Below are positions 1 to 12,105 of a stretch of DNA of 64,000 nucleotides, piece after piece. Numbering within the stretch: the first letter of the stretch is position 1; each line of letters starts with the position of its first letter. Origin of the DNA: Leucoraja ocellata (lineage: Eukaryota); assembly GCA_036785375.1 (NCBI GenBank), contig JAWMAR010000034.1, positions 682,001 to 746,000 of the forward strand, written 5' to 3'. Under the pieces are notes generated by a model. The model searched no databases, was not told the DNA's origin, and worked only from the letters and a program-made list of their open reading frames with translations. The translations under genes were made by a program, and so were the position numbers.

Positions 1-65
1 TTTCATAAATGACTCGTGCAAATTCCTGTACTCCCGTGGTTTGATAGTCTAGGCTCCTACGTTAA

Positions 66-371
66 GGGCCTGTCCCACTGTACGATGTAATTCAAGAGCT
101 CTCCTGAGAGTAAAAAAAAATCAATTTTGTGGTAAGCACGTAGAATGTTCGTAGCGGGTACGTTGGTAGCTCGGGACATCTCTTAGCGGCTTGTAATGCT
201 GACGGCGGGACCTCGGGAAACGCGGTAAGCTCGTGAAGATTTTTCAACATGTTGAAAAATGTCCATGACAGCCCCGAGTACCTACGAGCGGCTATTGCCG
301 TAATTCTGCGAGTTCGAATCAGGGGAAACTCGGGAGAACTCTTGAATTAGCTCGTACAGTGGGACAGGCCC
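66..371. mobile_element. PIF/Harbinger-like MITE
   Basis: Terminal inverted repeats GGGCCTGTCCCACTGTACGA (66-85) and TCGTACAGTGGGACAGGCCC (352-371), extending imperfectly to about 40 bp. TAA on the left flank; the right 3-bp flank does not match. No coding capacity. Confidence 0.7.
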
Positions 372-432
372 TCTACCAGTCAGGTAGCATGACCACCTTG
401 TGGCAGACACTGTCGAAAGTTAGAAGTGATCG

Positions 433-738
433 GCACAGCGGTCGGTGCAGTGGAAGAGTTGCTGCCTTACGACGCCAGAGACCTGGGTTTGAATCTGACT
501 ACGGGGGCTGTCTGTATGGAGTTTGTACTTTCTCCCTGTGACCGTGTGGGTTTTCTCCAAGTGCTTCAGTTTCCTCCCACACTCCAAAGGCGTACAGGTT
601 TGTAGGTTAATTGCCTTCTGTAAATTGTCCCTGGTGTGTAGGGTTGAACTAGTGTACAGGGTGATCGTTGGTCGGCGTGGACTCGGTGGGTTGAAAGGCC
701 TGTTTCCACGCTGCATCTCTAAACTAAACTAAACTAAA
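433..738 (+). mobile_element. tRNA-derived SINE (cartilaginous-fish HE1/V-SINE type)
   Basis: tRNA-like head (GGTGCAGTGG...GGTTTGAATC), central GGAGTTTGTAC..TCTCCC..GTGGGTTTTCTCC core and (AAACT)n tail. The same family recurs at several sites in the window. Confidence 0.8.
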
Positions 739-766
739 AAAAGAGACTTTGTAACGTGTAACTTAC

Positions 767-2412
767 CTCTGATGAAGACGTAGGTAAAATCTGTGGAACC
801 GGAGCAGCCGTATGGTGCTGTGTCCGCATCAGTCTGTATTGTTCGTGAGGAGTAGGAGGTTGTATCATCGACACCTCCGTGGTGACGGATTATTACACTC
901 GCATTGTTCTCGCACTGGAGTTTGAGAGTTGAACCCCTTGGTATGATCGCTAAGAAAGGACAGAATGAGTTGCATCGCCACAGCACCTTTCATCACCTCA
1001 TGGAGCCTCAAAGCGCAGCACACTGCCAACGTGGTCACTGTCCCAATGTAGGAAACATGGTGACTAACATGCCAACAATTATTTCTCTGGTCTCCGGTTT
1101 CTCAATCCTTTTCCTCAACTAATCAACCTCTCTGCCAACCTCCTCCCTCCTCACCCACCCCACCCTGAGACTGATCATCGAATCTGCAAGGGTAAGAGCA
1201 ATAGCACAATAGGCGGTCTGAAACGCAAAGCCATAAGATGCAATCATTGCCCTTGTGCTTCAAGCCTGGAAGAAATTCAAGAGATTTATATCCAAAGGGG
1301 AGCAGAACAACTCCTTGCTTCACGAGCTCCGCTCATGCTCCATCTATCATAGTGGTAGGAATCCTACTAATGGAATGGGTTTTTGAACCCACTGATGCCA
1401 ATGATTAATAGTCCACAGTTAGAGTCAGTTCAATACATCTTCCCTTATTCTGTACAAATCACTTTGGATCAGGAAGTGTTTGTGAAATATCCAACCACAT
1501 TTGTAGACTAATCCCCAATCACATTTCCATTTGGATATTTGTACCTCCGTGCTAAAGGACATTATTGATGCCCACCCAGTGATCCACTGATCTTGGGTGG
1601 CAATCAGAGCTGCACGTCTAATGTTTGTGGAAAGGAGTAATTCCTTGTTGAGCTTTACCACTCAAACTCTTAAGAGCGTAAATAATCTGTACTCTGCCAT
1701 GTAATTATGAAAACATTGTCTCTGGACCCTGTTGAAAGCAGGTTTACCTCGAATAGTATCTCCTCAAAATGTAAGTCGCTCTTTGTACAGGGTCTTGGTG
1801 AGACCACACCTGGAGTATTGCGTACAGTTTTGGTCTCCGAATCTGTGGAAAGACATTCTTGCCATAGAAGGAGTACAGAGAAGGTCTACCAGACTGATTC
1901 CTGGGATGTCAGGACTTTCATATGAAGAAAGACTGGATGGACTTGGCTTGTACTCGCTAGAATTTAGAAGATTGAGGGGGGATCTTATAGAAACTTATAA
2001 AATTCTTATGGGGTTGGACAGGCTAGATGCAGGAAGATTGTTCCCGATGTTGGGGAAGTCCAGAACAAGGGGCCACAGTTTAAGGATAAGGGAAAAATCT
2101 TTTAGGACCGAGATTAGGAATTTTTCACACAGAGAGTGGTGAATCTCTGGAATTCTCCGCCACAGGTAGTTGAGGCCAGTTCATTAGCTATATTTAAGAG
2201 GGAGTTAGATGTGGCCCTTGTGGCTAAAGGGATTAGGGGGTATGGAGAGAAGGCAGGTACAGGATGCTGAATTGGATGATCAGCTATGATCATATTGAAT
2301 GGCGGTGCAGGCTCGAAGGGCCGAATGGCCTACTCCTGCACCTATTTTCTATGTTTCTATGTTTCTTTATGATACTGAAAATATTACTTACTTATCTTTG
2401 CCTCGCTGATCC
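767..2412 (-). CDS. CD3 gamma/delta-like paralogue, partial (mini-exon plus Ig exon; TM and ITAM exons expected left of the window)
   Basis: 21-bp phase-1/1 mini-exon 2392-2412 (cag|GG ATC AGC GAG GCA AAG ATA A|gtaagt). 183-bp Ig exon 767-949 (tag|..|gtaagt) encoding IIPRGSTLKLQCENNASV...DADTAPYGCSGSTDFTYVFIR. Exon sizes, phases and the F/Y-V-F-V/I-K/R end match the CD3 gene at 12.5-18.3 kb. Signal exon not identified. Confidence 0.72.
1765..2367 (+). mobile_element. CR1 LINE 3' fragment
   Basis: ORF 1732-2142 contains the CR1 ORF2 C-terminal motifs LVRPHLEYCVQFWSP, LSYEERL and RRLRGDLIETYKI. Ends in a (TTCTATGT)n tail. Confidence 0.9.
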
Positions 2413-3722
2413 CTGAAAATAACAGAAATAGAAAATGAGTCACAGTTCACAACCTTGAGTGAATAGCGTATACTTTACACTATCTCCATGAGAACAATGT
2501 GGCCATCTTTCAGATCAATGTATTAGCTGGGTAAGGATGCCACATGTTCCACCCCTTGAGGTTTTATACCAATTGGTGAGGAGAGTATTCAATTGACACC
2601 CATATTTCCATCTCCCGTACCATTTCCTCCCCCACGACATCCCACTCCCTACCCGACTTTTCTTTGGCACAACTGCTGAAAATCTGCACATTTTATTTCA
2701 CTCTTTGAGAACAGCAGGGGAGAAAATCCAAGCAATTGCATAACCTACTTTCTCAAATTAATTGATGAGAAATTACCAGAGCCTTTGATTAAGGAGTGAG
2801 GGACTGAAGTGTGAGAATGGACCAGCATGGATCTACAAAGGGTCATGTTAGAGGACATTGACTAAACACTTTTCAGAGTTAACTGAACTGGTAGTCAGGC
2901 AATGCCAATATATGTGGTTTATGTGGATGAGTAGAAGTCTTTTGATAAGAGATTGTGAGCCAAAATCTAAGCGTATGGAACTGAAGACGATTTATAGAGC
3001 TGGCTGAGCGGTAATGAGAAATCAAATGGGCAGGATTTGGCTGTGATAGAACTTCATCAATTTACGGACTGTTTATGATCTGTTAATCACGGGAAAGAAA
3101 TACAATTGTATAAAACAAAGTGGCTTTTAAAGCAGTGTAGAAAGAACCAATGTAATTATGAAAAACAATTACTAATCTGAAATGGTCACGTGAATTACTT
3201 GTAAATGAATTTAAACAGGCAAATTAATGATAGATTTTATTGTATAGAATTGGAATTTTTCTAAATGGTGAGAAATCCAAAAAACCGTCAGGTCCAAATA
3301 GACTGGTGTAGGATAGAATAAAAAATTAACAAAATAGCGTAATGAGATATTGGTCCAAATATTGGGGGAGGCATAACATGGGGGAATTTAGACTCCAACT
3401 GTGCAAATGTCCAGTTAGCTTCTACACAATGTATTACCTTTCATTCTGGATAATACACCATGGTGAACAGGTATGGGCATTGAATAGACCATTGTGCAGA
3501 TTACCAGAACAATATTGAGTCTAACGGTTAAATGGCGAGAATGGATGACAGATTTTCTTGGAATTCAGAAAGTGCATGTGACCATCGGTGCTGGTTAGAC
3601 TTTAATATTAAACTAAGATTAATTTAGCTGTAACATTTAAAATCAACGGCTATGAAGAAAAGAGAGGCATATGGAATCACACCATGTTCCTGTTATACCT
3701 TATTGATAGGTACAACATGCTT

Positions 3723-4065
3723 GTATAGAGTGGATGTGGAGAGGATGTTTCCACTAGTGGGAGAGTCTAGGACTAGAGGTCATAGCCTCAGGAATAAAGG
3801 ACGTTCCTTTAGGAAGGAGATGAGAAGGAATTTCTTTAGTTAGAGGGTGATGAATCTGTGGGATTATTTGCCGCAGAAGGTTGTGGAGGCCGTCAATGGA
3901 TATTTTTAAGGCAGAGATAGATAGATTCTTGAATAGTGCTTTGTGTCAGGGGTTATGGGGAGAAGGCAGGAGAATTGGTTTAGGAGGGAGAGATAGATCA
4001 GCCACAATTGAATGGTGGAGTAGACTTGATGGGCATAATTCCGCACCTATTACCAATAACCTTTT
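3723..4065 (+). mobile_element. CR1 LINE 3' fragment
   Basis: Encodes [21 protein letters not shown]...RRNFFS, followed by a CR1-type 3' UTR. Near-identical to 46800-47180. Confidence 0.85.
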
Positions 4066-5492
4066 GATCCAAGAGCTACATGATCTTTACTCGGAAATCC
4101 TTAACTTCTTAAGTGTTTTTGACAAGACGCTAGTGACTGTAAAGCAATGGTGCAGCGTATCTGACACCTAGTTTAGTTCCCTTACATGTACTATGTGAAT
4201 ATAACAAACATTTCGCTGCCATGATCGTTTGATGATTAGATCATATTTCAGTTGTAACACCAAACTAAATACAAGGTTGCTCTTTGAAATTTCTGTACGG
4301 TGCGGGAGTATTGAATGTCATTTAGCTGCTTATTTGTGACTTTTACACCATAATTTTAACATTATATCCCGTAAAATTTATAGGTGCACAGAATGAATGA
4401 TGTGAACATCATGCAGAGCAGTAGAGCAGCACAATCAACGTGGTTGAAAGACAAATGCCAACCAGCAACAAAGGTCGAAGGGATAATGTTCTTCGGTTCC
4501 TTTCATTCAAGATGTCGCAATGTGTAATAGCATCAATGAGGGACTTCACAAGAGAGTCAGTGCTGCAATGCAGCAAAATCATTAAAGAATATTTTAAGGT
4601 GACAAAACAACTTCAAATGTCGAAATAAGTTAATTACGGAAAGATTGAACCATCGCTTTTCAATGGAAGTTGGCCCGCAAGCAATAGATTAACCCTTTCC
4701 CTACGGGATACCTGGCTGGTAACGAGCTGGGTTTATCTGAAGGCGGGTGAAAGGCCCTCGCTTGGTCGCCGCGTTGGAAGTCGAAGGTGGAGATTAGAAG
4801 CTGATACGTGAGCGCTAACTGACTTTATCAACCAATCAGCCGTCAGCTGTTCTTATCAGTGGTTTCTCTGATAAATATATTTAAAAGCAGCAACAGTCAA
4901 ACCCTCCGTCGCAAAAAGAAGTGAATGAGTTCGAGTCTTCATTTCGAGCAAATAAATTGTCAATTTATTGAAAAGTTAGATGCTAATGAAAGATTTATAA
5001 TCCAGCTCTGGAGGTCCCAGAGCCAATGAAATACAAAGCAAATATATAGACATGATGTTCGAAATAAAACAGGCAATTTCAGTACAACAAAGTCCCAAGT
5101 ACATTCATGCGACAATGACGAGGGATTTTTTTTAACACGATGCTCGTTGAGGAATACTTATTGTCAAGAAGGTGGAGGAGATCCCATTTGCAAAAGGTCA
5201 TGGAATCTTTTAACCACATCATTGTGGACTAAAAGAGTCAAGAGTGTTTAATTGTATTACGTACCGACAACTGAACAATGAAACTCTAACTGTAACAGTA
5301 TAACACAACACACAGATTGTATATAATAAACAACGATTCAATCACCACAATGCTGGTGCAAAAGAAAGCCCAAAGTCATTAGTGCAACAGTTGATAACAT
5401 TTCATAGCTGGGGTTAGTGTGTGTACTGCAATGTAGTGAAGTCAGATTACTGCTACAGCAATAAGAGAGTGCCTCCAAAAGGAGATGACACC

Positions 5493-5700
5493 GCGGCACA
5501 GTGGCGCAGCAGGTAGAGCTGCTGCCGCACAGCGCCAGAGACCTGGGTCCGATCCTCACCTCGGGTGCTGTCTGTGCAGAGTTTGCACGTTCGCCCCGTG
5601 ACCACATAGGCTTCCTCCCACATCGCACGTCTGCACGTTAATTTCCCTCTATAAAATTGTCCCTAGTGTGTAGAGAGTCGATGATAAAGTGGGATGGGTG
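5493..5700 (+). mobile_element. tRNA-derived SINE, 5' part (3' part resumes at 8460-8530 after nested insertions)
   Basis: GCGGCACAGTGGCGCAGCAGGTAGAGCTGCTGCC head and core. The SINE tail GGGTGATC...GGACTCGGTGGGCTG...CATCTCTGAACTAA appears only after the Tx1 element. Confidence 0.75.
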
Positions 5701-5842
5701 CCTGGCATGCCTTGATTAGTCAGAGCATTGAGTATACGAGTCAGGAAGTCATGTTACAGCTTTAGACAACTGGTGAAGCCACATTTGGAGCACTATGTGC
5801 AGTTCTGGTTGCCTCTCCACAGGAAGGATGTGGGGAATGAAT

Positions 5843-8449
5843 TTTTTTTTTAATTTCAAAATAGACTTTATTCATTGATAAATATATACAATTCCTGAAC
5901 CATTCAAACAAACAAAATTTATCCGACATTTTCGGAGACTATACAAGTTTTTTCAGTACAATTTTTTTACATTTATCAAATTTCACCAAACAGTCCCCCA
6001 CCCGTGCCACTCTGTGGCTCCCTGGCGTGGGATACCTTCCCTTAATTTAATTTGAGGGGCGTCTCCACCATACCGTGCCCCCCATGTCCAGCAGCGGAAG
6101 GACCCTAGACTGTGGTCCTCCCCCACCGAGCCTTGGCGTTGGCTGCACCAAGCTTCAGCGAGTCCCTTAGCACGTACTCCTGCAGTCTGCAGTGGGCCAG
6201 TCCGCAACATTCCCTGACGGACATCTCGCTCTGCTGGGTGGTGAGCAACGCTCGGGCAGACCAAAGAGCGTCTTTGACCGAGTTGATGACCCTCCAGCAG
6301 CACTCAATGTCAGTCTCTGAATGTGTCCCTGGGAACAGTCCGTAGATCACAGAGTCCTCTGTGACGGAGCTGTTCGGGATAAATCGTTCCAGGGACCCTT
6401 GCATACCTCTCCAGACTCTTTTTGCAAACCCACACTCTGCAAAGAGGTGGGCAACCGTCTCCTCTCCACCGCAACCGTCCCGGGGGCAGCGTGAGCTGGT
6501 GGTGAGGTTCCGACGGTGCAGGAAGGATCTAACTGGGAGGGCTCCCCTCACCGCCAGCCAAGCCAGGTCTTGGTGCTTGTTGGTGAGTTCTGGCGATGAG
6601 GCATTTTGCCAGACAAGCTGGGCAGTCTGCTCTGGGAACCACGCCACCGGATCCATCGAGTCCTTTCCCTGCAGTGCCTGCAGGACATTCCGTGCTGACC
6701 ACTGCCCGATGGACTTGTGGTCAAAGGTGTTGGTCCGGAAGAAGCTTTCCACAGACGACAGATGGGGCGGCAATGTCCAGCTGACTGGCACATTGCGTGG
6801 CATCTGCGCCAGGCCCATCCTTCGCAACACCGGGGACAGGTAGAACCTCAGCAGGTAGTGACACTTAGTGCCCACGTGCCTTGGCTCTACACTCCGCCTG
6901 ATGCAGCCACACACAAAGGTGGCCATCAGGGTGAGGGCGACGTTGGGCACGCTTTTACCCCCGTTGTCTGCCGACTTGTACATTGTGACCCGTCGCACCC
7001 GGTCCATCCTCGACCCCCAGATGAACTGGAAGACGGCCCGCGTGATCCCCGTGGCGTAGGAGGGAGGGACAGGCCACACTTGTGCCAAGTACAGCAACCC
7101 CGAGAGCACCTCACACCTGATGACCAAATTTTTTCCGGTTATGGAGAGGGAGCGTTGCCTCCACAGCTCCAGCTTCCTCCCCACCTTGGCTATCCGCTCC
7201 AGCCAATTCTTGTTACTCGCCTCAGCCCCCCTGAACCAGATCCCCAGCACCTTCAAGAAGTCAGGCTTGATGGTGAAGGGGATGGAAGATCGGTCGGGCC
7301 AGTTGCCAAAGAGCATGGCCTCGCTCTTCCTGCGGTTCACCCTGGCTCCCGTGGCCGACTCAAACTGGTCGCAGATGCTGATCAATCTGCGGACCGACCT
7401 TGGATCCGAGCAGAAGACGGCGACATCGTCCATGTACAGGGAGGTTTTGACTTGAATGCCTCCACTGCCTGGCAATGTCACTCCTCTTATGCTCGCATCC
7501 TTCCTGATGGACTCGGCAAAAGGTTCAATACAGCAGACAAACAAGACAGGAGAGAGAGGGCAACCCTGCCTGACTCCAGACCTTACAGGGAAACTGTCTG
7601 ATTCCCACCCATTGATTTGGACTGCACTACTGATATTGGTGTAGAGCAGTTTGATCCAATTTCGGATTCCCTCCCCAAACCCCATTTTAGAGAGCACGTC
7701 CCTCATGTACGTGTGCGATATCCTGTCGAAGGCCTTCTCCTGGTCCAAGCTGACTAGGCAGGCATCCACCCGTCTGTCCTGCACGTAGGCAATGGTATCT
7801 CTCAGCAGCGCTAGGCTGTCTGAGATTTTCCTGCCAGGTACAGCACAGGTTTGGTCCGGGTGGATTACCCGTCCCAGAGCAGACTTGACCCGGTTGGCGA
7901 TGGCCTTAGACAGGATCTTGTAGTCTACATTTAACAATGTTATGGGTCTCCAATTCTTTATATCCTTCCTCTCCCCCTTCTGCTTGTAGATTAGGGTAAT
8001 GCTGCCTTTCCTCATGGAGTCTGACATGCTGCCTGCTAGAAGCATGTCGTTATACACTACCAGCAGGTCCGGGCCCACCCAGTCCCACAGAGCCGAGTAC
8101 AACTCAGCCGGTAAGCCATCGCTTCCGGGAGTTTTACTCGAGTCAAAGGAGCGGATGGAGCCAGTCAGCTCCTCTAGGGTCAGTGGTTGGTCCAGACTCT
8201 CCCGCTTGCTGTCCTCCAAGACCTCCGTGATAGAGGACAGGAAGTTCTGTGAGGCAGTGCTGTCTGTGGCCTTTCTGTCATACAATTCCGTGTAAAAGGA
8301 TTTGCAGACCCTCAGCATGTCTGTCTGCGAGGATGCTACCGAGCCGTCCTCCTCCCTAAGGCTGTTGATCACAGAGCTCCCCCTGTGAACCTTATGGAAG
8401 AAGAAACGTGAGCACGTCTCATCCTGCTCCACATGGCGGACCCTAGATC
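5843..8449 (-). mobile_element. Tx1-clade (L1 superfamily) non-LTR retrotransposon, 5'-truncated and young
   Basis: AATAAA and poly(A) at the 3' end (TTTATT and T-run at 5842-5872 on +). TSD GGGAATGAAT at 5833-5842 and 8450-8459. Uninterrupted ORF2; GC- and CpG-rich compared with the flanks. Confidence 0.92.
6105..8432 (-). CDS. Tx1/L1 ORF2 reverse transcriptase (endonuclease domain lost by truncation)
   Basis: 775-aa open frame with KTPGSDGLPAELY, WRPITLLNVDYKIL, LDQEKAFDRI, GVRQGCPLSP, YMDD and a C-terminal CPRDGC..ETVAHLFAEC zinc knuckle. The frame stays open to the truncation point, and the track's 'M' is a GTG. Confidence 0.92.
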   Translation of the reverse strand: MEQDETCSRFFFHKVHRGSSVINSLREEDGSVASSQTDMLRVCKSFYTELYDRKATDSTASQNFLSSITEVLEDSKRESLDQPLTLEELTGSIRSFDSSKTPGSDGLPAELYSALWDWVGPDLLVVYNDMLLAGSMSDSMRKGSITLIYKQKGERKDIKNWRPITLLNVDYKILSKAIANRVKSALGRVIHPDQTCAVPGRKISDSLALLRDTIAYVQDRRVDACLVSLDQEKAFDRISHTYMRDVLSKMGFGEGIRNWIKLLYTNISSAVQINGWESDSFPVRSGVRQGCPLSPVLFVCCIEPFAESIRKDASIRGVTLPGSGGIQVKTSLYMDDVAVFCSDPRSVRRLISICDQFESATGARVNRRKSEAMLFGNWPDRSSIPFTIKPDFLKVLGIWFRGAEASNKNWLERIAKVGRKLELWRQRSLSITGKNLVIRCEVLSGLLYLAQVWPVPPSYATGITRAVFQFIWGSRMDRVRRVTMYKSADNGGKSVPNVALTLMATFVCGCIRRSVEPRHVGTKCHYLLRFYLSPVLRRMGLAQMPRNVPVSWTLPPHLSSVESFFRTNTFDHKSIGQWSARNVLQALQGKDSMDPVAWFPEQTAQLVWQNASSPELTNKHQDLAWLAVRGALPVRSFLHRRNLTTSSRCPRDGCGGEETVAHLFAECGFAKRVWRGMQGSLERFIPNSSVTEDSVIYGLFPGTHSETDIECCWRVINSVKDALWSARALLTTQQSEMSVRECCGLAHCRLQEYVLRDSLKLGAANAKARWGRTTV

Positions 8450-9689
8450 GGGAATGAATGGGTGATCAGTGGTCAGTGTGGACTCGGTGGGCTGATGTGC
8501 CTGCTTCCATGCTGCATCTCTGAACTAAGAAACTAAAAGACTACCTCAGAAACGCACTGGGCTGTCAGCCTGGATTCAGGACCCAGGTTTCTGTCATGGG
8601 GAAACTTCTGACATTATTTTCAGTACAAAGCAAGTCCCTTCTTTAAGTCTCGGCATTTAACACGCCTCAACGTGATTATCCGCTGGTTGCATTTAAATTT
8701 GCATGACCGGTGGCAACTAATTATGAGAGCATCATCTGTGCAGAAGGATAGTTTGTTGGGGTTAAATTCTCATTGAATTCTGCCTAAACCATCCAGAACT
8801 CACAATTAACTATTTGGATTTCCTCTAAGAAAGTGTAAGGTAAGGGCAGCAGGAGGCCATCAGAAGGTCTGCAGGTCCATGCAGTCATGCAGTAAGATCA
8901 ATGCTTCAATGCTGTTTTATTTGTCACATGCACAACTGCTCAATCACTGCGGAGATCTGCTCTGCTCCCTCACTTTTTAATTCAAGAAATTACCATCAAA
9001 TTTATCAATAATTCATAATCTGATGATTTCAGTTTCTATGACCCATGGTTCTGTATTTCCCAGCCAAGGGGAAAAAAAGCCTCTTTTCGTTTTCCAGAAA
9101 TCCAGAAATAAATTCTTGGGAATATCGACCTTGTTATTTGCTAGTTTGTTTTTGCCTTGAAACAATCCATGCTAATGTATTACCCTAATTCCACGGGCCT
9201 AGTTTTGTACAATCAACTTACTGCACCTCTCGAAGCACCATCAACTTTATATTTCAGTCAGTATGAGGGATGAAGAGCAGTAATCGTGGATCAGTGGCTT
9301 ATTTTAAGAATCTCATGGTAACTTCTTGAATGTTTTTCAAAAATCCCATTATATTACGTTTACAGGTTTATTTCATTAATCTCCTCTCGACAACCAAAAA
9401 TAAGGATAGGCATAATGGACTGATGATTCTATGAAAAATAACTTCTCTTTCATAAATCTTTGTTGATTCTTGCCAATTGTCTTCCAGGGACCCTGGTTGG
9501 CTATTTCCTTATTGTTGAATTTTAATAATATCCCGATGACTGATCTCAGGATAACTTTTCCTGTTTTCTCTCTCCTTTCCTGAATGACTGGGTTATGGTT
9601 GCTACCTTCCGTCCACAAGGCCATTCTAAAACCATTCCCGGAGCTCAAACACTACAAGACTGCCATCTATGTAAGTTATTATTCAAGAT

Positions 9690-10090
9690 TCAAGAGTGTT
9701 TTATTGTCAAATATCCCAAACAGAACAACGAAATTCTTACTTGCAGCAGCACAACAGAATATATAAACATAGTACTCGGCAAACAATATAATAAATGGAA
9801 AAAGGTTCAATATAGATATATATAAATATAAATATATTTATGTGTACATACATCAGCACACAATAGTAATAGTGCAAGAAGACATAACTAATGTCCCCAA
9901 GTCTATGTAGTTCAGAGCTTATTTGAAGGCTGGTATGTTTAACAACCAGATGGCTGTAGGGAAGAAACTGTTCCTGTTCTGAATGTTTCAGTCTTCAGGC
10001 TCCTGTATCTTCATCCCGATGGTAGGAGTGAAATGAGTGTGTGGCCAGGGTGGTGTGGGTCTCTGACGATGCTGGCTGGTGTTTTTGGCT
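9690..10090 (-). mobile_element. Rex1/L2-type LINE 3' remnant
   Basis: (TTCAAGA) tail with TTTATTGTCA, and GGGAAGAAACTGTTCCTG / CAGGCTCCTGTATCTT motifs shared with the 50.2 kb and 58.8 kb copies. Confidence 0.55.
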
Positions 10091-11809
10091 GGCAGCTGGA
10101 AACATATGTATGCTTTGACAGATGTACAAGACTGAAGAGGTAGTGATATCTCAACAGTCACCAAATCCCAACATCTGATAAGTGGAACACCTCCCACACA
10201 CAGCCAACTGCTTGCGATTCTAGGCGCCCGCATTACATTACCTCTTTCCTCTTCCTGTTGCATGCTTTTGTTTGCATCTTTGTTATCTCTAGCCAGCATC
10301 AGTACATGCAGCAACACGCTGTTAACTCATGTGCTATTAGATGTATTTCACTCCATCTCACTCATTGAGTCACAAGGACTGTTGGTGATTACAGGAAGCA
10401 CATTTGTAGCTGAGGGTACACTTGCTCAAATGGACAGTGTGCCACTAAGGCCTATCCTTACAAAATATCATGCACCTTATATTTCAGTCCGTATGAGGGA
10501 GTGGTGCTTTATAATTCAGTGATTTATTTGCAGAATCTCATGGTTTACAAATATCCCGACCTGCTTGCCATTCTATTAGAGTTGGATCATTTGTAGTGAG
10601 TTAAAGACTCAAAATCAGATTCAAAGTCAAATTTATTCGTCACATACACCCAAAGGTGCAGTGGAAATGAAATCTAGTTGACAGATTCGGGAGGTTTATG
10701 TAACACGAAAAATATAAAAAATATTCCTTACGATACGGCCATTTGGGTAACAGAAATTTGCCGCTACAGAATTACAAATCACAACCTGAATATGAGCTAT
10801 GGAACAAAATTCCCTCTTACAAAATGTATGCATCAAGTTTTAATCAATTTTAGTTTTGTCTGGCATTTATTAGCAATTGTGCTGATGTTTTGTGTCTTGC
10901 ACTTTGTGTTATTGAAAAATTGCAATCTCCCCCCCCCCCCCTCTCCCCTCCTAACATGGGGGTTGGTTGCACCTTGCAGAGAATTGCAACATAGTCCAAG
11001 GGTTTACATGCGGGATAATCAATACCTGGAAGCAATTTACAAGCTGAAATGTAACAAAAGGCTTTGGATGCTTTATGCTGACAATCGAGACACTGGTGAG
11101 AGCGTCACAGGCTGATAAAGGGGTTAGTCATTTGTATGCAGAATATGTTCACCTTCTAGGGTCTTTGTGTGTGCCGGTGTTCAATATGTGAAAACTGATG
11201 ATACATCCTGAATTCCGGTTTTATTACAAACAGCAGGGACACATTCACACCACGTGGAAGCCACAGATCATTTATTTCGTAGTTATCAATCAAATTACAA
11301 ATTAAAAACTGATTGCAGAAAATCAGTGACAATGGCTAGACAACGGCCAGTGTTGAAAAGACAAAAAGTGCGAGGTAAAGATAGAAGAGGCGTGAGGCCA
11401 TTGGACTGAATACAAGTGGAAAGGGAGTGGTGGGGGGGAGAGGGAATGAGGGATATGGGTGTAAATCCAGATGGGGCACAGGAAAATGAGGGGGGGGGGG
11501 GGGAGAAAGTGAGGGGGGGAGGGGGGAGATATTGGAGTTGTTTCTGTTTGAGCTTTTTTCCCACATTCTCCATCCCTCTGTCTGACACTCAGGCACACGG
11601 TGGAGATTGGTTTTTGACATCTCGTGGAGAGTGAGTGTCCTCGATCAAGAATTTCACATCAGGAAACCAGAGTGGAGAACATTGCACAGAGCAGGCCTGC
11701 ACAAGAGATGTTTAACAAGTTCACGGCTTTGTGGAATGCCTGCAATTTCCAAAGATTCTGTGTTCCGTTTCTCCATCCTAAAATCATGTACAAAAACATG
11801 AGAGCAATA

Positions 11810-12105
11810 GATTGGGCAGATGCACAGAGTCGCTTACCCAGAGTGGGAGAATCGAAAACCAGAGAACATAGGTTTACGGTGAGGGAGGAAAGACTTAAAA
11901 GGAACTTATTCACATAAAGGGTGGTAGGTGTATGGAACGAGCTGCCAGAGGAGGTATTTGAAGCAGGTACTATTACAATGTTTAAGAAACATTTAAACAG
12001 GTACTTGGATAGGACCGGTTTAGAGTGATATGGTGTAGATGGGACATGTTGGCCGGTGAGGGCAAGTTGGGCTGAAGGGCCTGTTTCCACGCTGTAAGAC
12101 TCTAT
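11810..12105 (+). mobile_element. CR1-type LINE 3' fragment
   Basis: Encodes LPRVGESKTREHRFTVR. Contains GTATGGAACGAGCTGCCAGAGGAGGT and the tail GGGCTGAAGGGCCTGTTTCCACGCTGTA. Confidence 0.8.

Noticed and set aside
433-500. tRNA genes at the SINE heads
   Set aside because: No complete cloverleaf, and each continues into SINE core and tail.
4186-4222. ATG GCA GCG AAA TGT...ACA T|gtaagg as signal exon of the left CD3 gene
   Set aside because: Phase and donor fit, but MAAKCLLYSHST lacks a hydrophobic core. Unsupported without cDNA.
6112-8295. Multiple plus-strand ORFs (up to 294 aa) over the Tx1 element
   Set aside because: Antisense shadows of a GC-rich RT ORF, with no recognisable motifs.
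11295-11634. Pro-rich and Gly-rich ORFs
   Set aside because: Products of a G-run low-complexity tract.
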